64,000 nt of DNA from an uncultured Gemmatimonadales bacterium (GTDB taxonomy: Bacteria; Gemmatimonadota; Gemmatimonadetes; Gemmatimonadales; GWC2-71-9). Position numbers and translations under genes: made by a program. Below are positions 19,921-29,734 of this stretch, one piece after another. Below the pieces are notes generated by a model, which was not told where the DNA came from, ran no database searches, and was given only the letters and a program-made list of their open reading frames with translations. Every line of letters begins with the position of its first letter. The first letter of the stretch is position 1. Location: contig CAWJVX010000001.1 of assembly GCA_963846435.1 (NCBI GenBank), positions 6,992 through 70,991 of the forward strand. Reading direction: 5' to 3'.

Positions 19921-21243
19921 ATGCCATCCAAATACACTCCTCCGGTCTGCGGGCTCAAGGCGGGCCATTTCAAGGTGCAGAGCGGCGCCACCTACCTGAA
20001 GACGGGCATCGAGACCGAGGTGCCGGAAAACCGGGTACGAGCGCTCGCAAACGGTCGGAAGGTGCTACTCGAGGCGCTGGAGCAAAACCAGCAGGACAAG
20101 AACCCGGCCCTCTGGTACTATCTCGGGCGAATCAACCTGCAACAGGGCGACATCACCGGGGCGGATACTGCATTCACCAAGGCCGAAACGCTTTCGCCCG
20201 GGTGCAAGAAGGACATCAGCGATGCACGCTACCTGGGTTGGGTTCCCCTGGTGAACGCAGGCATCAGCTTCACCAAGGAAGAGAAAAACGACTCGGCACT
20301 GGCCCTCTACCGTCTAGCGAACACGATCTATCGGGACAAACCGATCGCCTTCCTGAACGCCGGGGTGATCTTTGCCAACGCCGGCCAGGCCGACAGCGCC
20401 ATCTTCTACTTCCAGAAGGCATCCGAGATCGCCGAGCGGACCAACTCGGTTGAAGACCGGAACCTGGCCACGCGGAATTGGGGTGCGCTGCTTCAGCGGG
20501 CCGGCCGCCATCAGGAAGCCATACCCGTCCTGGAGAAGTATGTCGCCTGGGTTCCCAAGGACGTGGACGTGAAGCGCGCACTTGCCACCTCCTATCGTTC
20601 GGCCGGTCAGACCGACAAAGCACAGGCAATCGAGAAGGAAGTCGGCGCCGCTCCGGCCGCAGCCGGCCCCGCGAGCTCACCCGCGGCCGCTCAGATGACC
20701 GCGGCAATAGCCCTGTATAACGAGAAGAAATACAAGGAAGCAGCAGCGGGCTTCGAGCAGGTCATCGCCCTCGAGCCGAACAATCGGGACGCGCTATACG
20801 GCCTGGCGAACGCGTATATCGGTCTCAAGAGTCCCAAGCTGGCCGACGCGGCGGCGCGGTTGGTGGCGATCGAGCCGCTGAACGACGACGCCGTGCGAAT
20901 GCTGGCCAATGGGCTGCGCCTGGCGAAGAAGGAGACCGCGGCGAATAAGACCGCGATCCAGTTGATCGGAATGCCGACCAGCGTGAAGGTCACTCAGTTC
21001 GCACCGACCGCCGAGGCCGCCACGATTACCGGAACGGCAACCGGTCGCGAGGCCGAGACCGCTCAGGGTAAACCGGTGGCACCCAAGCCGTTCACCTTGG
21101 CCTTCGAGTTCCTCGACGGCACCGGGGCGCCTCTGGCCACCCAGGAAGTCCAGGTGCCGGCCCTCAAGGCCGGAGAGTCCCATCCGATTGCGGTTGACGC
21201 GAAGGGAACAGGGATCACCGCATGGCGGTATAAGCAGAAGTAG
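19921..21243 (+). CDS. TPR-repeat protein, probably secreted (signal peptide lies upstream in frame, start obscured)
   Basis: Multiple TPR-like helices (WYYLGRINLQQGDITGADTAFTKAE, ALYGLANAYIGL). The in-frame upstream codons 19825-19920 read KSRILSAAILLGTFSSAPVLAQ. The GTG at 19821 is out of frame by one nt across the A4 run 19824-19827. Confidence 0.7.
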   Translation: MPSKYTPPVCGLKAGHFKVQSGATYLKTGIETEVPENRVRALANGRKVLLEALEQNQQDKNPALWYYLGRINLQQGDITGADTAFTKAETLSPGCKKDISDARYLGWVPLVNAGISFTKEEKNDSALALYRLANTIYRDKPIAFLNAGVIFANAGQADSAIFYFQKASEIAERTNSVEDRNLATRNWGALLQRAGRHQEAIPVLEKYVAWVPKDVDVKRALATSYRSAGQTDKAQAIEKEVGAAPAAAGPASSPAAAQMTAAIALYNEKKYKEAAAGFEQVIALEPNNRDALYGLANAYIGLKSPKLADAAARLVAIEPLNDDAVRMLANGLRLAKKETAANKTAIQLIGMPTSVKVTQFAPTAEAATITGTATGREAETAQGKPVAPKPFTLAFEFLDGTGAPLATQEVQVPALKAGESHPIAVDAKGTGITAWRYKQK

Positions 21244-21314
21244 AGTAGAGGCGGGCTCCGGCGGATGCCGGAGCCAGAACAGGGGATCGTTGCTCCCAAG
21301 CCGAGGGGGGTGCA

Positions 21315-22247
21315 ATGGCCGGTGTAGGAGCGGAGCGGACGGACGGGGCCGGCCTGACGACGACCAAGGCCCCGTTCATCGAGCAGGCTCAGCAGGAGGG
21401 GCGGCTGTACATCCATCAGCCGTACGACCTCTACTCCGAAGCCAACCACGATGCATGGCGCCGGCTATTCTCCCGGATGGAGGAGCGTTGGCGGAGATAC
21501 GCCAACCCGCGCTTCATTCAGGGAATCGACAGCCTCTGCCTCGACCCCAAGCGAATGCCGCGTCTGGAGGACGTCAACCGATTTCTCAGCCCGCTCACCG
21601 GCTTCAAGGCCAAACCGGTGAGCGGCTACATCCCTTCGTTTCTCTTTTTTGACTGTCTGCGGAATCGCGAATTTCCTACCACCATCACCATTCGGGACGG
21701 CGCCACCCTCGACTACCTGCCGGAACCGGACATCTTCCATGACATCGCCGGGCACGTTCCCATGCACACCGACCGCGCGTTTGCCGACACCCTGGTTCGC
21801 TTCGGGGACTGCGCTCACACGGCGGCCGAGATCGTAGCTGGCATCCGGGATGAGCGGGAGAAGATTCGTCGGGTCACCAGCATCTTCAAGGCAATGGCGA
21901 GGTTCTTCTGGTTCACCATCGAATTCGGCCTGATGCGGCAGGGCGGGGACCTCAGGGTCTATGGCAGCGGGCTGCTTAGTTCCTATGGCGAGATCGCACA
22001 TTCGATCGATTCCCCCGACGTACAGCGTTACCCGATGCAGCTCGAGTGGGTGATCAACCAGTACTTCGAGATCGACCACTACCAGCCGCTGCTGTTTGTA
22101 GTGGATTCCTTCGATCATCTCTTTGACCTGGTGGGCGAGCTGGAACGGTGGATGCGCCAGGGCCGGCTGGACAACGTGTCACCGGGAGAGCCAGCCATCA
22201 GTGAGCCCGACCTCCGAAGCTTCCTGGACGCCTCCGCGAAGATGTAG
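21315..22247 (+). CDS. phhA: Phenylalanine 4-monooxygenase (aromatic amino acid hydroxylase)
   Basis: YLPEPDIFHDIAGHVPMH iron-ligand motif, FWFTIEFGL, YGSGLLSSYGE. Confidence 0.9.
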   Translation: MAGVGAERTDGAGLTTTKAPFIEQAQQEGRLYIHQPYDLYSEANHDAWRRLFSRMEERWRRYANPRFIQGIDSLCLDPKRMPRLEDVNRFLSPLTGFKAKPVSGYIPSFLFFDCLRNREFPTTITIRDGATLDYLPEPDIFHDIAGHVPMHTDRAFADTLVRFGDCAHTAAEIVAGIRDEREKIRRVTSIFKAMARFFWFTIEFGLMRQGGDLRVYGSGLLSSYGEIAHSIDSPDVQRYPMQLEWVINQYFEIDHYQPLLFVVDSFDHLFDLVGELERWMRQGRLDNVSPGEPAISEPDLRSFLDASAKM

Positions 22248-22257
22248 GCCCGCCAGC

Positions 22258-22285
22258 TTGACCTGAACCCGACATCGCGTAACAT
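22258..22285 (+). promoter_or_regulatory. Candidate sigma-70 promoter for tRNA-Gly
   Basis: TTGACC (22258-22263), 16-nt spacer, TAACAT (22280-22285). It lies about 13 nt upstream of the mature tRNA 5' end. Confidence 0.35.
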
Positions 22286-22298
22286 TCCGGCCTGATCT

Positions 22299-22370
<72 letters not shown>

Positions 22371-22543
22371 CTCCTCGCGCCCGTTGTCCGCCCTGCCGCC
22401 TGTTCCTCATGCTGCTTTCATCGTTCCGTCACTGCCGGACCGTCGCAAGTTGTCGCGTGGAGCAACCGGTTCGGCCGGTCGCTGAGCAGTTCGTGTCCCG
22501 GGACACAGCGAAAGCGGCCCTCCGCTGAGATGTTGCGACCCTT

Positions 22544-22559
22544 TGGCACTGAGGCAGCT
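22544..22559 (+). promoter_or_regulatory. Candidate sigma-54 (-24/-12) promoter
   Basis: TGGCACtgaggcaGCt has GG-N10-GC spacing and a perfect -24 TGGCAC, but a weak -12 (CAGCT versus TTGCW). It lies about 190 nt upstream of the ATG at 22749. Confidence 0.25.
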
Positions 22560-22748
22560 TCGGGTTAGGCTTCTCGTGGCACGGATGCAACGCTGCCCCG
22601 GTGTGCGTTTACAACTCGCTCGGGCACAACAACTTATAGGCATTGTCCTCGGCTCCGCAGCGGCCCGGTACCTGCGTGTGACGCCGGTTTGACGCACGAC
22701 CTCGACCCTTTTGGCCGCTTCCGGGTGACCGGGCGGCTCCAGGCGACC

Positions 22749-24872
22749 ATGACCCGCACTTCTCAGCTCCGCTCCCTCGCTCTCGGCGCAGCCCTGGCAT
22801 TCGGCTCCCTCACCTGCGGTGGCGAGGGCGTCAAGCCTCCCCCAGAGGCGAAAGCCATCGAGATGTTGAATGGGAACGCACAGCATGGGATCGCGGGTCA
22901 GCCCCTCGCCAACCCCCTCGTGGTTCTCGTGACCGACGACAACGGGGGGCCCGTTAAGGACGTGACGGTGCACTGGGACGCCCAGGGCGGAGGAAGTGTC
23001 TCGGGCGGAACTTCCCTGACCAACGCCGACGGGCTCGCATCCATCACCCGGGTATTGGGACCCACGGCCGGTGAACAGACGACCACCGCCGCGGTCAGCG
23101 GGCTTGAGGGATCGCCCGTGACTTTTACGGCCACAGCCCTCTCCGGCGGCGAGCCCGGTCTCATCATCACGACGCAGCCACCGGGAGCAGCGGTCAGTGC
23201 GGAAGTCTTCGAGCCTGCCAGCCAGCCGGTCGTTGTTCTGACCGATGCCGGTGGCGACCCAGTAGCCGGCGCGGTTGTGACGGCGAGCCTGGCCTCGGGA
23301 AGCGGAACGCTGGAAGGGCAGGTCACGGCCACTACCAACGCCAGCGGCGTGGCGGCGTTTGAAGATTTGGGCATCAGGGGATCAGGCGCGCACACCCTGG
23401 AGTTCACCGCGGGCGCAGTCACGGCGACATCGTCGGCCATCAACATCTCGGCGCTGGCGGCCGAGGCGGCGACCGGCAGCTGGGGCCCGGTTGTTTCCTG
23501 GGACATCGTGCCGCTGCAGATGACCTTGTTGCCCAACGGGAAGATCTTTGCCTGGGGTAAGAGGGACGTCGCGGACAGCATGGGAATGCCCCGCGTCTGG
23601 GACCCGGCTCAGGGCGGTCCGTCCACCGCATCCATGATCGATGTCAACGAGATGCTGTTCTGCGCCGGGCACACCCTCATGGCCGACGGCACGCTGATGA
23701 TCGCCGGCGGTCACCACATGGACGACCGCGGCATCAAGGTGACGTACTTCTACGGCCCCAGTGGCTCCTGGATCAAGGGTCCGGACATGGCCTTCGGCCG
23801 GTGGTACCCAACCTTGACCACCTTGCCGGATGGCAACGTGCTCACCATGGCAGGGCGCGACGAGAGCGGTGCCGTGATCAGAACACCTGAGCTGTGGAAC
23901 GGCACTAACTGGGCCCAGCTCTCAGGCGCAGGCCCGCTGGAGATCCCGTACTATCCCAGGAACTTCGTGGATCCCAGGAGGGATGCGCAGGTCTTCTACG
24001 CCGGCGAACGGATCATGTCCCGTTGGTTCAGTTACGCCGGCTCGGGGAGCTGGGCTCCCGGTCCGGAACACATCTGGAAGTTCAACCGGGATTATGGGAC
24101 CGCGGTCATGTATGACACCGGCAAGATCCTCTACGCCGGCGGGGGCGGTGACACCGGATGGAACACGCCTGACCCCAAGTCGGCCACGCCGACGGCCACG
24201 GCCGAGAAGATCGACATCGATCAGGCTGCCCCGGCCTGGGAGGATGCCGGCTCCATGTCGTCGCCCCGGAGGCACCTCAACTCCACCGTCTTGCCCGATG
24301 GTGAAGTCCTGGTCACCGGCGGTGTCAGCGGCGGTGGGTTCAACAATATCGGCACCGCGGTAAGGACCGCGGAGATCTGGAACCCGGAGAGCAACGGGTG
24401 GACCACCCTGGCCGCCGGCTCAGTCGCCCGTGGCTACCACTCCGTCTCGCTACTGTTGGCGGACGGCACGGTGCTGCACGGCGCGAGCGGCGACGCCGCC
24501 ATCCCCGGCGGGGGTGGTGCCATCTACCCGGCCGAGCGGAATCACCAGATCTTCTCGCCGCCGTATCTCTTCAAGGGCGCGCGGCCCACAATCAGCTCCG
24601 CACCCGCGACCGTGGGCTACGGGGAGGTCTTCACGGTGACTACACCAAACGCGGCGCAGGTTACCAAAGTGCGGTGGATCCGGCTGGCCTCGGTGACCCA
24701 TGCCTTCGACATGAACCAGCGGGCCAATACGCTGAACTTCTCGGCCGCGGCGGGGAGTGTTCAGGTGACGGCTCCCTCGGGTCCGAAGCTCGCCCCTCCG
24801 GGCCACTACCTGCTGTTCATCCTGAACCGCAACGGGGTCCCGTCGGTAGGAAAGATCGTCAAGGTCCAGTAA
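22749..24872 (+). CDS. Lipoprotein with Ig-like (Big) domains fused to a glyoxal/galactose-oxidase-like beta-propeller and C-terminal DUF1929 domain
   Basis: Lipobox MTRTSQLRSLALGAALAFGSLTC. Two Ig-like repeats (GQPLANPLVVLVTDDNGGPV..). Propeller segment LLPNGKIFAWG..LFCAGHTLMADGTLMIAGG. DUF1929-type end RPTISSAP..IRLASVTHAFDMNQRANTL..APPGHYLLFILNRNGVPSVGKIVKV. Confidence 0.8.
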   Translation: MTRTSQLRSLALGAALAFGSLTCGGEGVKPPPEAKAIEMLNGNAQHGIAGQPLANPLVVLVTDDNGGPVKDVTVHWDAQGGGSVSGGTSLTNADGLASITRVLGPTAGEQTTTAAVSGLEGSPVTFTATALSGGEPGLIITTQPPGAAVSAEVFEPASQPVVVLTDAGGDPVAGAVVTASLASGSGTLEGQVTATTNASGVAAFEDLGIRGSGAHTLEFTAGAVTATSSAINISALAAEAATGSWGPVVSWDIVPLQMTLLPNGKIFAWGKRDVADSMGMPRVWDPAQGGPSTASMIDVNEMLFCAGHTLMADGTLMIAGGHHMDDRGIKVTYFYGPSGSWIKGPDMAFGRWYPTLTTLPDGNVLTMAGRDESGAVIRTPELWNGTNWAQLSGAGPLEIPYYPRNFVDPRRDAQVFYAGERIMSRWFSYAGSGSWAPGPEHIWKFNRDYGTAVMYDTGKILYAGGGGDTGWNTPDPKSATPTATAEKIDIDQAAPAWEDAGSMSSPRRHLNSTVLPDGEVLVTGGVSGGGFNNIGTAVRTAEIWNPESNGWTTLAAGSVARGYHSVSLLLADGTVLHGASGDAAIPGGGGAIYPAERNHQIFSPPYLFKGARPTISSAPATVGYGEVFTVTTPNAAQVTKVRWIRLASVTHAFDMNQRANTLNFSAAAGSVQVTAPSGPKLAPPGHYLLFILNRNGVPSVGKIVKVQ

Positions 24873-24895
24873 TCGAGAAGGTGCGCTGCAGCGGA

Positions 24896-24921
24896 GGGGG
24901 CCAGCCGAATCGGCTGGCCCC
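24896..24921 (+). terminator. GC-rich stem-loop downstream of the oxidase-like gene (no U-tract)
   Basis: gggggccagccg-aat-cggctggcccc, an 11-12 bp stem starting 24 nt after the stop codon. Confidence 0.4.
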
Positions 24922-25139
24922 GTCTCATATCCGGCCGCAAGGGCCAGGACTCCACCCAGTACACGACCTCACGTCTCCAGTGATCTCCTGCCCAACACTC
25001 CCACCAGAGCCGGGCCTCAGAAGCCACTTTGCTTATACGCGGGAAGTGAAACCCGGTCTTGAATTTAGGGGCGCGGAGAGAGATCTTTCCGGGCTTATCT
25101 CAGGCGGGTGTGCCTCCCTAGTTCTTCGACCGGCGCCGG

Positions 25140-26417
25140 ATGATCCGAGTAACTGCGGTACACCACGATTCGATCGCGGCCGAGCTGGGGCTCCGGGAAG
25201 GTACGGAGCTTCTGTCGGTCAATGGCCGCGAGCTGGACGATTTCCTCGACTGGGAGTTCCTCACCGCCGAGGAAGAGTTCCTGCTGCACGTGCGTCAGCC
25301 CGATGGCGAGGAGATCGAGTTCGACATCCAGCGTCCCCTGGGGGAGACTATCGGGGTAGAGCTCGAGGCGGCGCGGATTCGGCGCTGTGCCAACCGTTGC
25401 GACTTCTGTTTCGTGGATGGGCTGCCCGACGGCTTGCGTGACGTCCTTTACATCCGGGACGACGATTACCGGCTCTCGTTCCGTTACGGCAACTTCGCCA
25501 CGCTGACGAACCTGAAGCCCCACGACGTGCAGCGCATCATCGAATACCGGCTGTCGCCTCTGTATGTCTCGGTTCACGCCACCGATCCCACGGTGCGGCG
25601 CTACCTTCTGCGAAATCCGACTGCGCCCGACGTGCTCCCGCAGCTGCGGGAGTTTGCCAACCATGGCATCGAGTTTCACACCCAGATCGTGATGTCACCC
25701 GGGGTGAACGACGGGCCGGTGCTGCGGCAGACCCTCACCGAACTGTACCAGTTCGGCCCCCGGATCATCGGCTGCTCGGTGGTCCCGGTAGGGCTCACCG
25801 AATACTCCAAGCATCACCTGGTCCGGGAGCCCGGCGCGGAGGAGTGCCGTGCCGCCATCGAGCTCATCGAAGAGCGAGCCACCATTTCGCGCGCGGAGCG
25901 GGGCATCAATTGGGCGTTCGGCGCCGACGAGCTCTACCTCCGTGCCGGAGTCGAGTTGCCCGGGGCGGAGATTTACGATGGCTTCGATCAGGTCGAGAAC
26001 GGAGTAGGGTCGGTGCGCTGGCTGCAACAGCGGATCGATACGGTCTCCGCCGAGCTTCGGGGTTGGGAAGGCAAGCGGATTGCGGTGGTGACCGGTACGG
26101 CTATGGGTAGGCTCATGCCGATGGTGCTCGAACCACTGGCCAGAACGACGGGCGCCCAATTCGAGCTCATTCCGGTCGTGAACACCCTCTTCGGCCCAAC
26201 AGTCACCACGGCCGGGCTCCTCCCCGGCATGGCAATGCAACAGGCTCTGAAAGGGCGCCGCGATCTGGATCTGGCGCTGCTCCCCGGTGAGTCGGTGAAC
26301 GACGACGGACTCTTCATCGACAACATGAGCTTCGACGTGCTGACCCACTCAGTACCGGTGGAGCTGCGCCTGTCGCGGGATTTCACCGATGTGCTTCAGG
26401 TGCCGGTGGCAGCATGA
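25140..26417 (+). CDS. DUF512 protein (PDZ-like N-terminus + radical-SAM-like core)
   Basis: IRRCANRCDFCFVDGLP, IRDDDYRLSFRYGNFATLTNL, LSPLYVSVHATDP. The stop overlaps the der start (ATGA). Confidence 0.8.
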   Translation: MIRVTAVHHDSIAAELGLREGTELLSVNGRELDDFLDWEFLTAEEEFLLHVRQPDGEEIEFDIQRPLGETIGVELEAARIRRCANRCDFCFVDGLPDGLRDVLYIRDDDYRLSFRYGNFATLTNLKPHDVQRIIEYRLSPLYVSVHATDPTVRRYLLRNPTAPDVLPQLREFANHGIEFHTQIVMSPGVNDGPVLRQTLTELYQFGPRIIGCSVVPVGLTEYSKHHLVREPGAEECRAAIELIEERATISRAERGINWAFGADELYLRAGVELPGAEIYDGFDQVENGVGSVRWLQQRIDTVSAELRGWEGKRIAVVTGTAMGRLMPMVLEPLARTTGAQFELIPVVNTLFGPTVTTAGLLPGMAMQQALKGRRDLDLALLPGESVNDDGLFIDNMSFDVLTHSVPVELRLSRDFTDVLQVPVAA

Positions 26418-27736
26418 GCAGGCCTACCGTTGCCATCGTCGGCCGCCCCAATGTCGGCAAATCCACGCTCTTCAATCGCATCCTGGGCGGCCGCCCGGCG
26501 ATCGTATCGGAGCGTCCGGGCACCACTCGCGATCGCCACTTCGGCGACGCCGACTGGCAGGGGCGTCGCTTCTGGGTGGTAGACACCGGCGGGCTGCTGC
26601 CCGAGTCCGAGGACTCGATGGATCGTGCGATCCGGCGCCAGGTCGAATTCGCACTGGACGAGGCGGACGTGGTGGTGTTCGTGGTGGATGGGCGCGAGGG
26701 ACTCAATCCGGTGGATCGGGCCATTGCCGATCGGCTTCGGAAGGCTGGACGGCCGGTACTGCTCGCCGTAAACAAGCTGGATAACCTGGAACAGAGCACC
26801 GAGCAGTACGGGTTTTACTCTCTGGGGTTCGGCGACCCAGTTGGGGTGAGCGCCGCGGTGGGGAAAGGGAGCGGCGATCTTCTGGATGCTATCGTCGAGC
26901 GGCTCCCGCCCCACGATCCAGGGGAGGACGAGGAGACGATCAACGTGGCGGTGGTGGGGCGGCCCAACGTGGGGAAGTCCTCGGTGGTCAACCGGCTGCT
27001 GGGCGAGGAGCGGCATCTCGTGGCGGCACAGGCCGGTACCACCCGCGACGCGATCGATTCGATCTTGCGATTTCAGGGGAAAACACTCAACTTCATAGAT
27101 ACCGCAGGGTTACGTCGTAGAGCTAAAGTAGAAGATGACCTGGAGTTCTATTCCACCCTCCGGACCGAACGAGCGATCGAGCGGGCCCACGTGGCCGTAC
27201 TGGTGGTGGACGCGGCGGTGGGGTTGCACAACCAGGATCTCCGGATCGCCACCCAGGCCTGGGACGAAGGTGCTGGACTCATCGTCCTGGTAAACAAGTG
27301 GGACCTCATCGAGGAGAAGGACGCCAACACGGCCCGGCAGGGTCAGGAAGCGCTGGTGGCCAAGGCCCCATTTCTCCGGTACGTGCCGTTCCTCTACGTA
27401 TCCGCACTCACCGGGCAAAGAGTGCGGAAGGTGCTGGACCTGATCCTAGAGGTCGCCGAGGGACGGGAGCGCCGAGTGCCCACGGCCGAGGTCAACAAGG
27501 TGCTGGCGACGTTGATCGAGCGAAACGCGCCGCCCCAGAAGCCAGGTGAGGAGGTCAAGCTGCTCTACGCCTCACAGATCGCCACCGCGCCCCCCACTTT
27601 GGCCATCGTCAGCAACCGCCCCGACGAGGTGCCCGAGTCGTATCAGCGCTACCTGGTACACGGGTTTCGGGAGGCCTGGCCGTTCACCGGATCCCCACTG
27701 CGCCTGAAGTTCACCAGTCGAGGATCGCGACGCTGA
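26414..27736 (+). CDS. der: Ribosome biogenesis GTPase Der (EngA)
   Basis: Two tandem G domains (GRPNVGKSTLFNR..DTGG..NKLD and GRPNVGKSSVVNRL..DTAG..NKWD) plus a KH-like C-terminus. Confidence 0.95.
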   Translation: MSRPTVAIVGRPNVGKSTLFNRILGGRPAIVSERPGTTRDRHFGDADWQGRRFWVVDTGGLLPESEDSMDRAIRRQVEFALDEADVVVFVVDGREGLNPVDRAIADRLRKAGRPVLLAVNKLDNLEQSTEQYGFYSLGFGDPVGVSAAVGKGSGDLLDAIVERLPPHDPGEDEETINVAVVGRPNVGKSSVVNRLLGEERHLVAAQAGTTRDAIDSILRFQGKTLNFIDTAGLRRRAKVEDDLEFYSTLRTERAIERAHVAVLVVDAAVGLHNQDLRIATQAWDEGAGLIVLVNKWDLIEEKDANTARQGQEALVAKAPFLRYVPFLYVSALTGQRVRKVLDLILEVAEGRERRVPTAEVNKVLATLIERNAPPQKPGEEVKLLYASQIATAPPTLAIVSNRPDEVPESYQRYLVHGFREAWPFTGSPLRLKFTSRGSRR

Positions 27737-28356
27737 TGCCCGCGGCCGCGCTGTGGCTTCTCGCTTCCTACCTGTTGGGAGCCATACCGACGAGCCATCT
27801 TCTCAGCCGACTGTTTGCCGGCATCGATCTGCGGCAGCACGGCAGTGGCAACCTCGGCGCTACCAATCTGTACCGGGTGCTCGGCTGGAAGTATGCGATC
27901 CCTGCTGCGATGATCGACATCGCCAAGGGCACCATCCCCGTCCTCCTGTTCGCGCCGCAGGCGTCCGACTCCCAGCTGTTTGCTCTCGCCTGCGGGGTAG
28001 TGGCCATCCTCGGGCATGTGTTCTCGGTTTTTGTCGGGTTCAAGGGAGGGAAGGGGGTGGCGACCGCGGCGGGCGTCATGCTCGGCCTCGCTCCGCTCGC
28101 GCTGGCCGTGTCGGCCGTGGTCTGGGGCCTGCTGGTCCGGCTCACCGGGTACGTCTCGCTGGCGAGCATCGCCGCCGCCGCGGTACTCCCGCTGGCGGTC
28201 TATCTGTTGGAGGACTCGAGCTCACCGGCGCTCTTCTGGATCGCGGTGGCCATCGCGGTCGCCGTCATCCTTCTCCACCGGCGAAACATTCAGCGCCTGC
28301 TCAAAGGAACGGAGAACCGTTTCGGTCGCCGGACAGCGAGCACGCCGCAGCCATGA
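27736..28356 (+). CDS. plsY: Glycerol-3-phosphate acyltransferase PlsY
   Basis: LGAIPTSHLLSRL, GSGNLGATN, FKGGKGVATAAG. Polytopic membrane protein. Confidence 0.92.
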   Translation: MPAAALWLLASYLLGAIPTSHLLSRLFAGIDLRQHGSGNLGATNLYRVLGWKYAIPAAMIDIAKGTIPVLLFAPQASDSQLFALACGVVAILGHVFSVFVGFKGGKGVATAAGVMLGLAPLALAVSAVVWGLLVRLTGYVSLASIAAAAVLPLAVYLLEDSSSPALFWIAVAIAVAVILLHRRNIQRLLKGTENRFGRRTASTPQP

Positions 28357-29351
28357 CCTCCATCGCGGTGCTTGGCGCCGGCAGTTGGGGGACGACGCTG
28401 GCCAATCTCCTGGCCCTCAAGGGGGAGACGGTGCGGCTCTGGGCCTACGAGCCCGAGGTGGTGGCGGCGGTCAATGAGCGTCACGAGAATCCGCTGTTCC
28501 TGCCCGGTGTATCCCTGGCGCCGGGCCTCCGCGCATTCGCCGACGCGCGAGAGGCGGTAGCGGACGTACCGGTCATCGTCTCTGCCGCTCCGAGCCACGC
28601 CGTCAGATCAGTGGTCTCGGCCATCCGGGGCAGGGTACGGGGCGGCGCGCTGGTGGTGAGTGCCACCAAGGGAATCGAGACGGACACTCTGGCCCTGATG
28701 TCGAAGGTGTTCGAGGAGTGTCTCCCCGAGGCCCGCTTCGCGGCCTTGTCGGGGCCCAGCTTTGCGCTGGAGGTGTGTCAGGGGCAGCCAACGCTGGTGG
28801 TGGCTGCGGCTCGGGAGGAAGCGACGGCACGCGAGGCCCAGCGCATCTTCGCTACGCCGCGGTTCCGGGTTTATTCGCACGACGACGTGGTGGGCGTGGA
28901 GCTCGCCGGTGCGCTCAAGAACGTCATCGCCATCGCCGCAGGCATTCTGGAAGGGCTCGGAATGGGGCACAATCCCAGGGCAGCTCTGATCACCCGGGGA
29001 CTCGCCGAGATAACCCGGCTGGGAGTCGCGCTCGGTGCCAGCCCACTCACCTTCGCCGGTCTAGCCGGCATGGGGGACCTCATCCTGACTACGACTGGAA
29101 GTCTCAGCCGAAACCGCGCCCTGGGCGTGGCGCTGGCAGAGGGGCAGACGCTGGAGCAGTACAACGCCGCCCATCGCAGCGTGGCGGAAGGCGCCAACAC
29201 TTCCAAGGCCGGCGCGGCGCTGGGGAAACGGATGGGGGTAGAGCTTCCCATCATCGAGAAAGTCGGTGAAGTTCTGTTCAGCGGGAAGGCTGCTCGGGAG
29301 GGCATCGCCGAGCTCATGGCACGTGAACTCAAGTCGGAGCAGTGGAGATGA
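28353..29351 (+). CDS. gpsA: NAD(P)H-dependent glycerol-3-phosphate dehydrogenase
   Basis: MTSIAVLGAGSWGTTLANLLA, GPSFALEV, LKNVIAIAAGI, GDLILTTTGSLSRNR. ATGA overlap with plsY. The long ORF-track start 27753 was rejected. Confidence 0.93.
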   Translation: MTSIAVLGAGSWGTTLANLLALKGETVRLWAYEPEVVAAVNERHENPLFLPGVSLAPGLRAFADAREAVADVPVIVSAAPSHAVRSVVSAIRGRVRGGALVVSATKGIETDTLALMSKVFEECLPEARFAALSGPSFALEVCQGQPTLVVAAAREEATAREAQRIFATPRFRVYSHDDVVGVELAGALKNVIAIAAGILEGLGMGHNPRAALITRGLAEITRLGVALGASPLTFAGLAGMGDLILTTTGSLSRNRALGVALAEGQTLEQYNAAHRSVAEGANTSKAGAALGKRMGVELPIIEKVGEVLFSGKAAREGIAELMARELKSEQWR

Positions 29352-29734
29352 CCACCACCCGACCAGTCCAGGAGTTTTACTCGATCGGCGAGGTCTGTGC
29401 GCTGACCGACCTGAAGCCGCACGTCCTGCGCTACTGGGAAAGCCAGTTCCGCTTCCTGAACCCGGCGAAGAACCGTTCGGGCAACCGGGTGTACAAGGGA
29501 CGCGAGGTGGAGCTGATCATGCTGGTGAAGCATCTGCTTTATACCGAGAAGTTCACCATCGACGGCGCCCGCCAGCGGATCGACCACTACCGCCGCACCG
29601 GCGAGCTCCGGGTCTCGGCCAGACGCGCATTCGAGACGGAGATGGCCCAGGAGGTCCGCACCACGCTGGAGGAGGTGGTGGGGATTCTTGATGGTAAGCC
29701 GGTCCCGCAGAAAAGCGTGAACAGTGAACCGTGA
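29342..29734 (+). CDS. MerR-family HTH transcriptional regulator
   Basis: FYSIGEVCALTDLKPHVLRYWESQFRFLNPAKNRSGNRVYKGREVE. The ATG at 29348 (ATGA overlap with the gpsA stop) is an alternative start. The last 6 codons and the stop lie inside the repeat arm 29716-29748. Confidence 0.8.
   Translation: MEMTTTRPVQEFYSIGEVCALTDLKPHVLRYWESQFRFLNPAKNRSGNRVYKGREVELIMLVKHLLYTEKFTIDGARQRIDHYRRTGELRVSARRAFETEMAQEVRTTLEEVVGILDGKPVPQKSVNSEP

Noticed and set aside
22371-22748. Integrative element or prophage remnant downstream of tRNA-Gly.
   Set aside because: No integrase was found, no direct repeat of the tRNA 3' end was seen by eye, and the flanking genes are housekeeping. Only a 380-bp non-coding gap is present.
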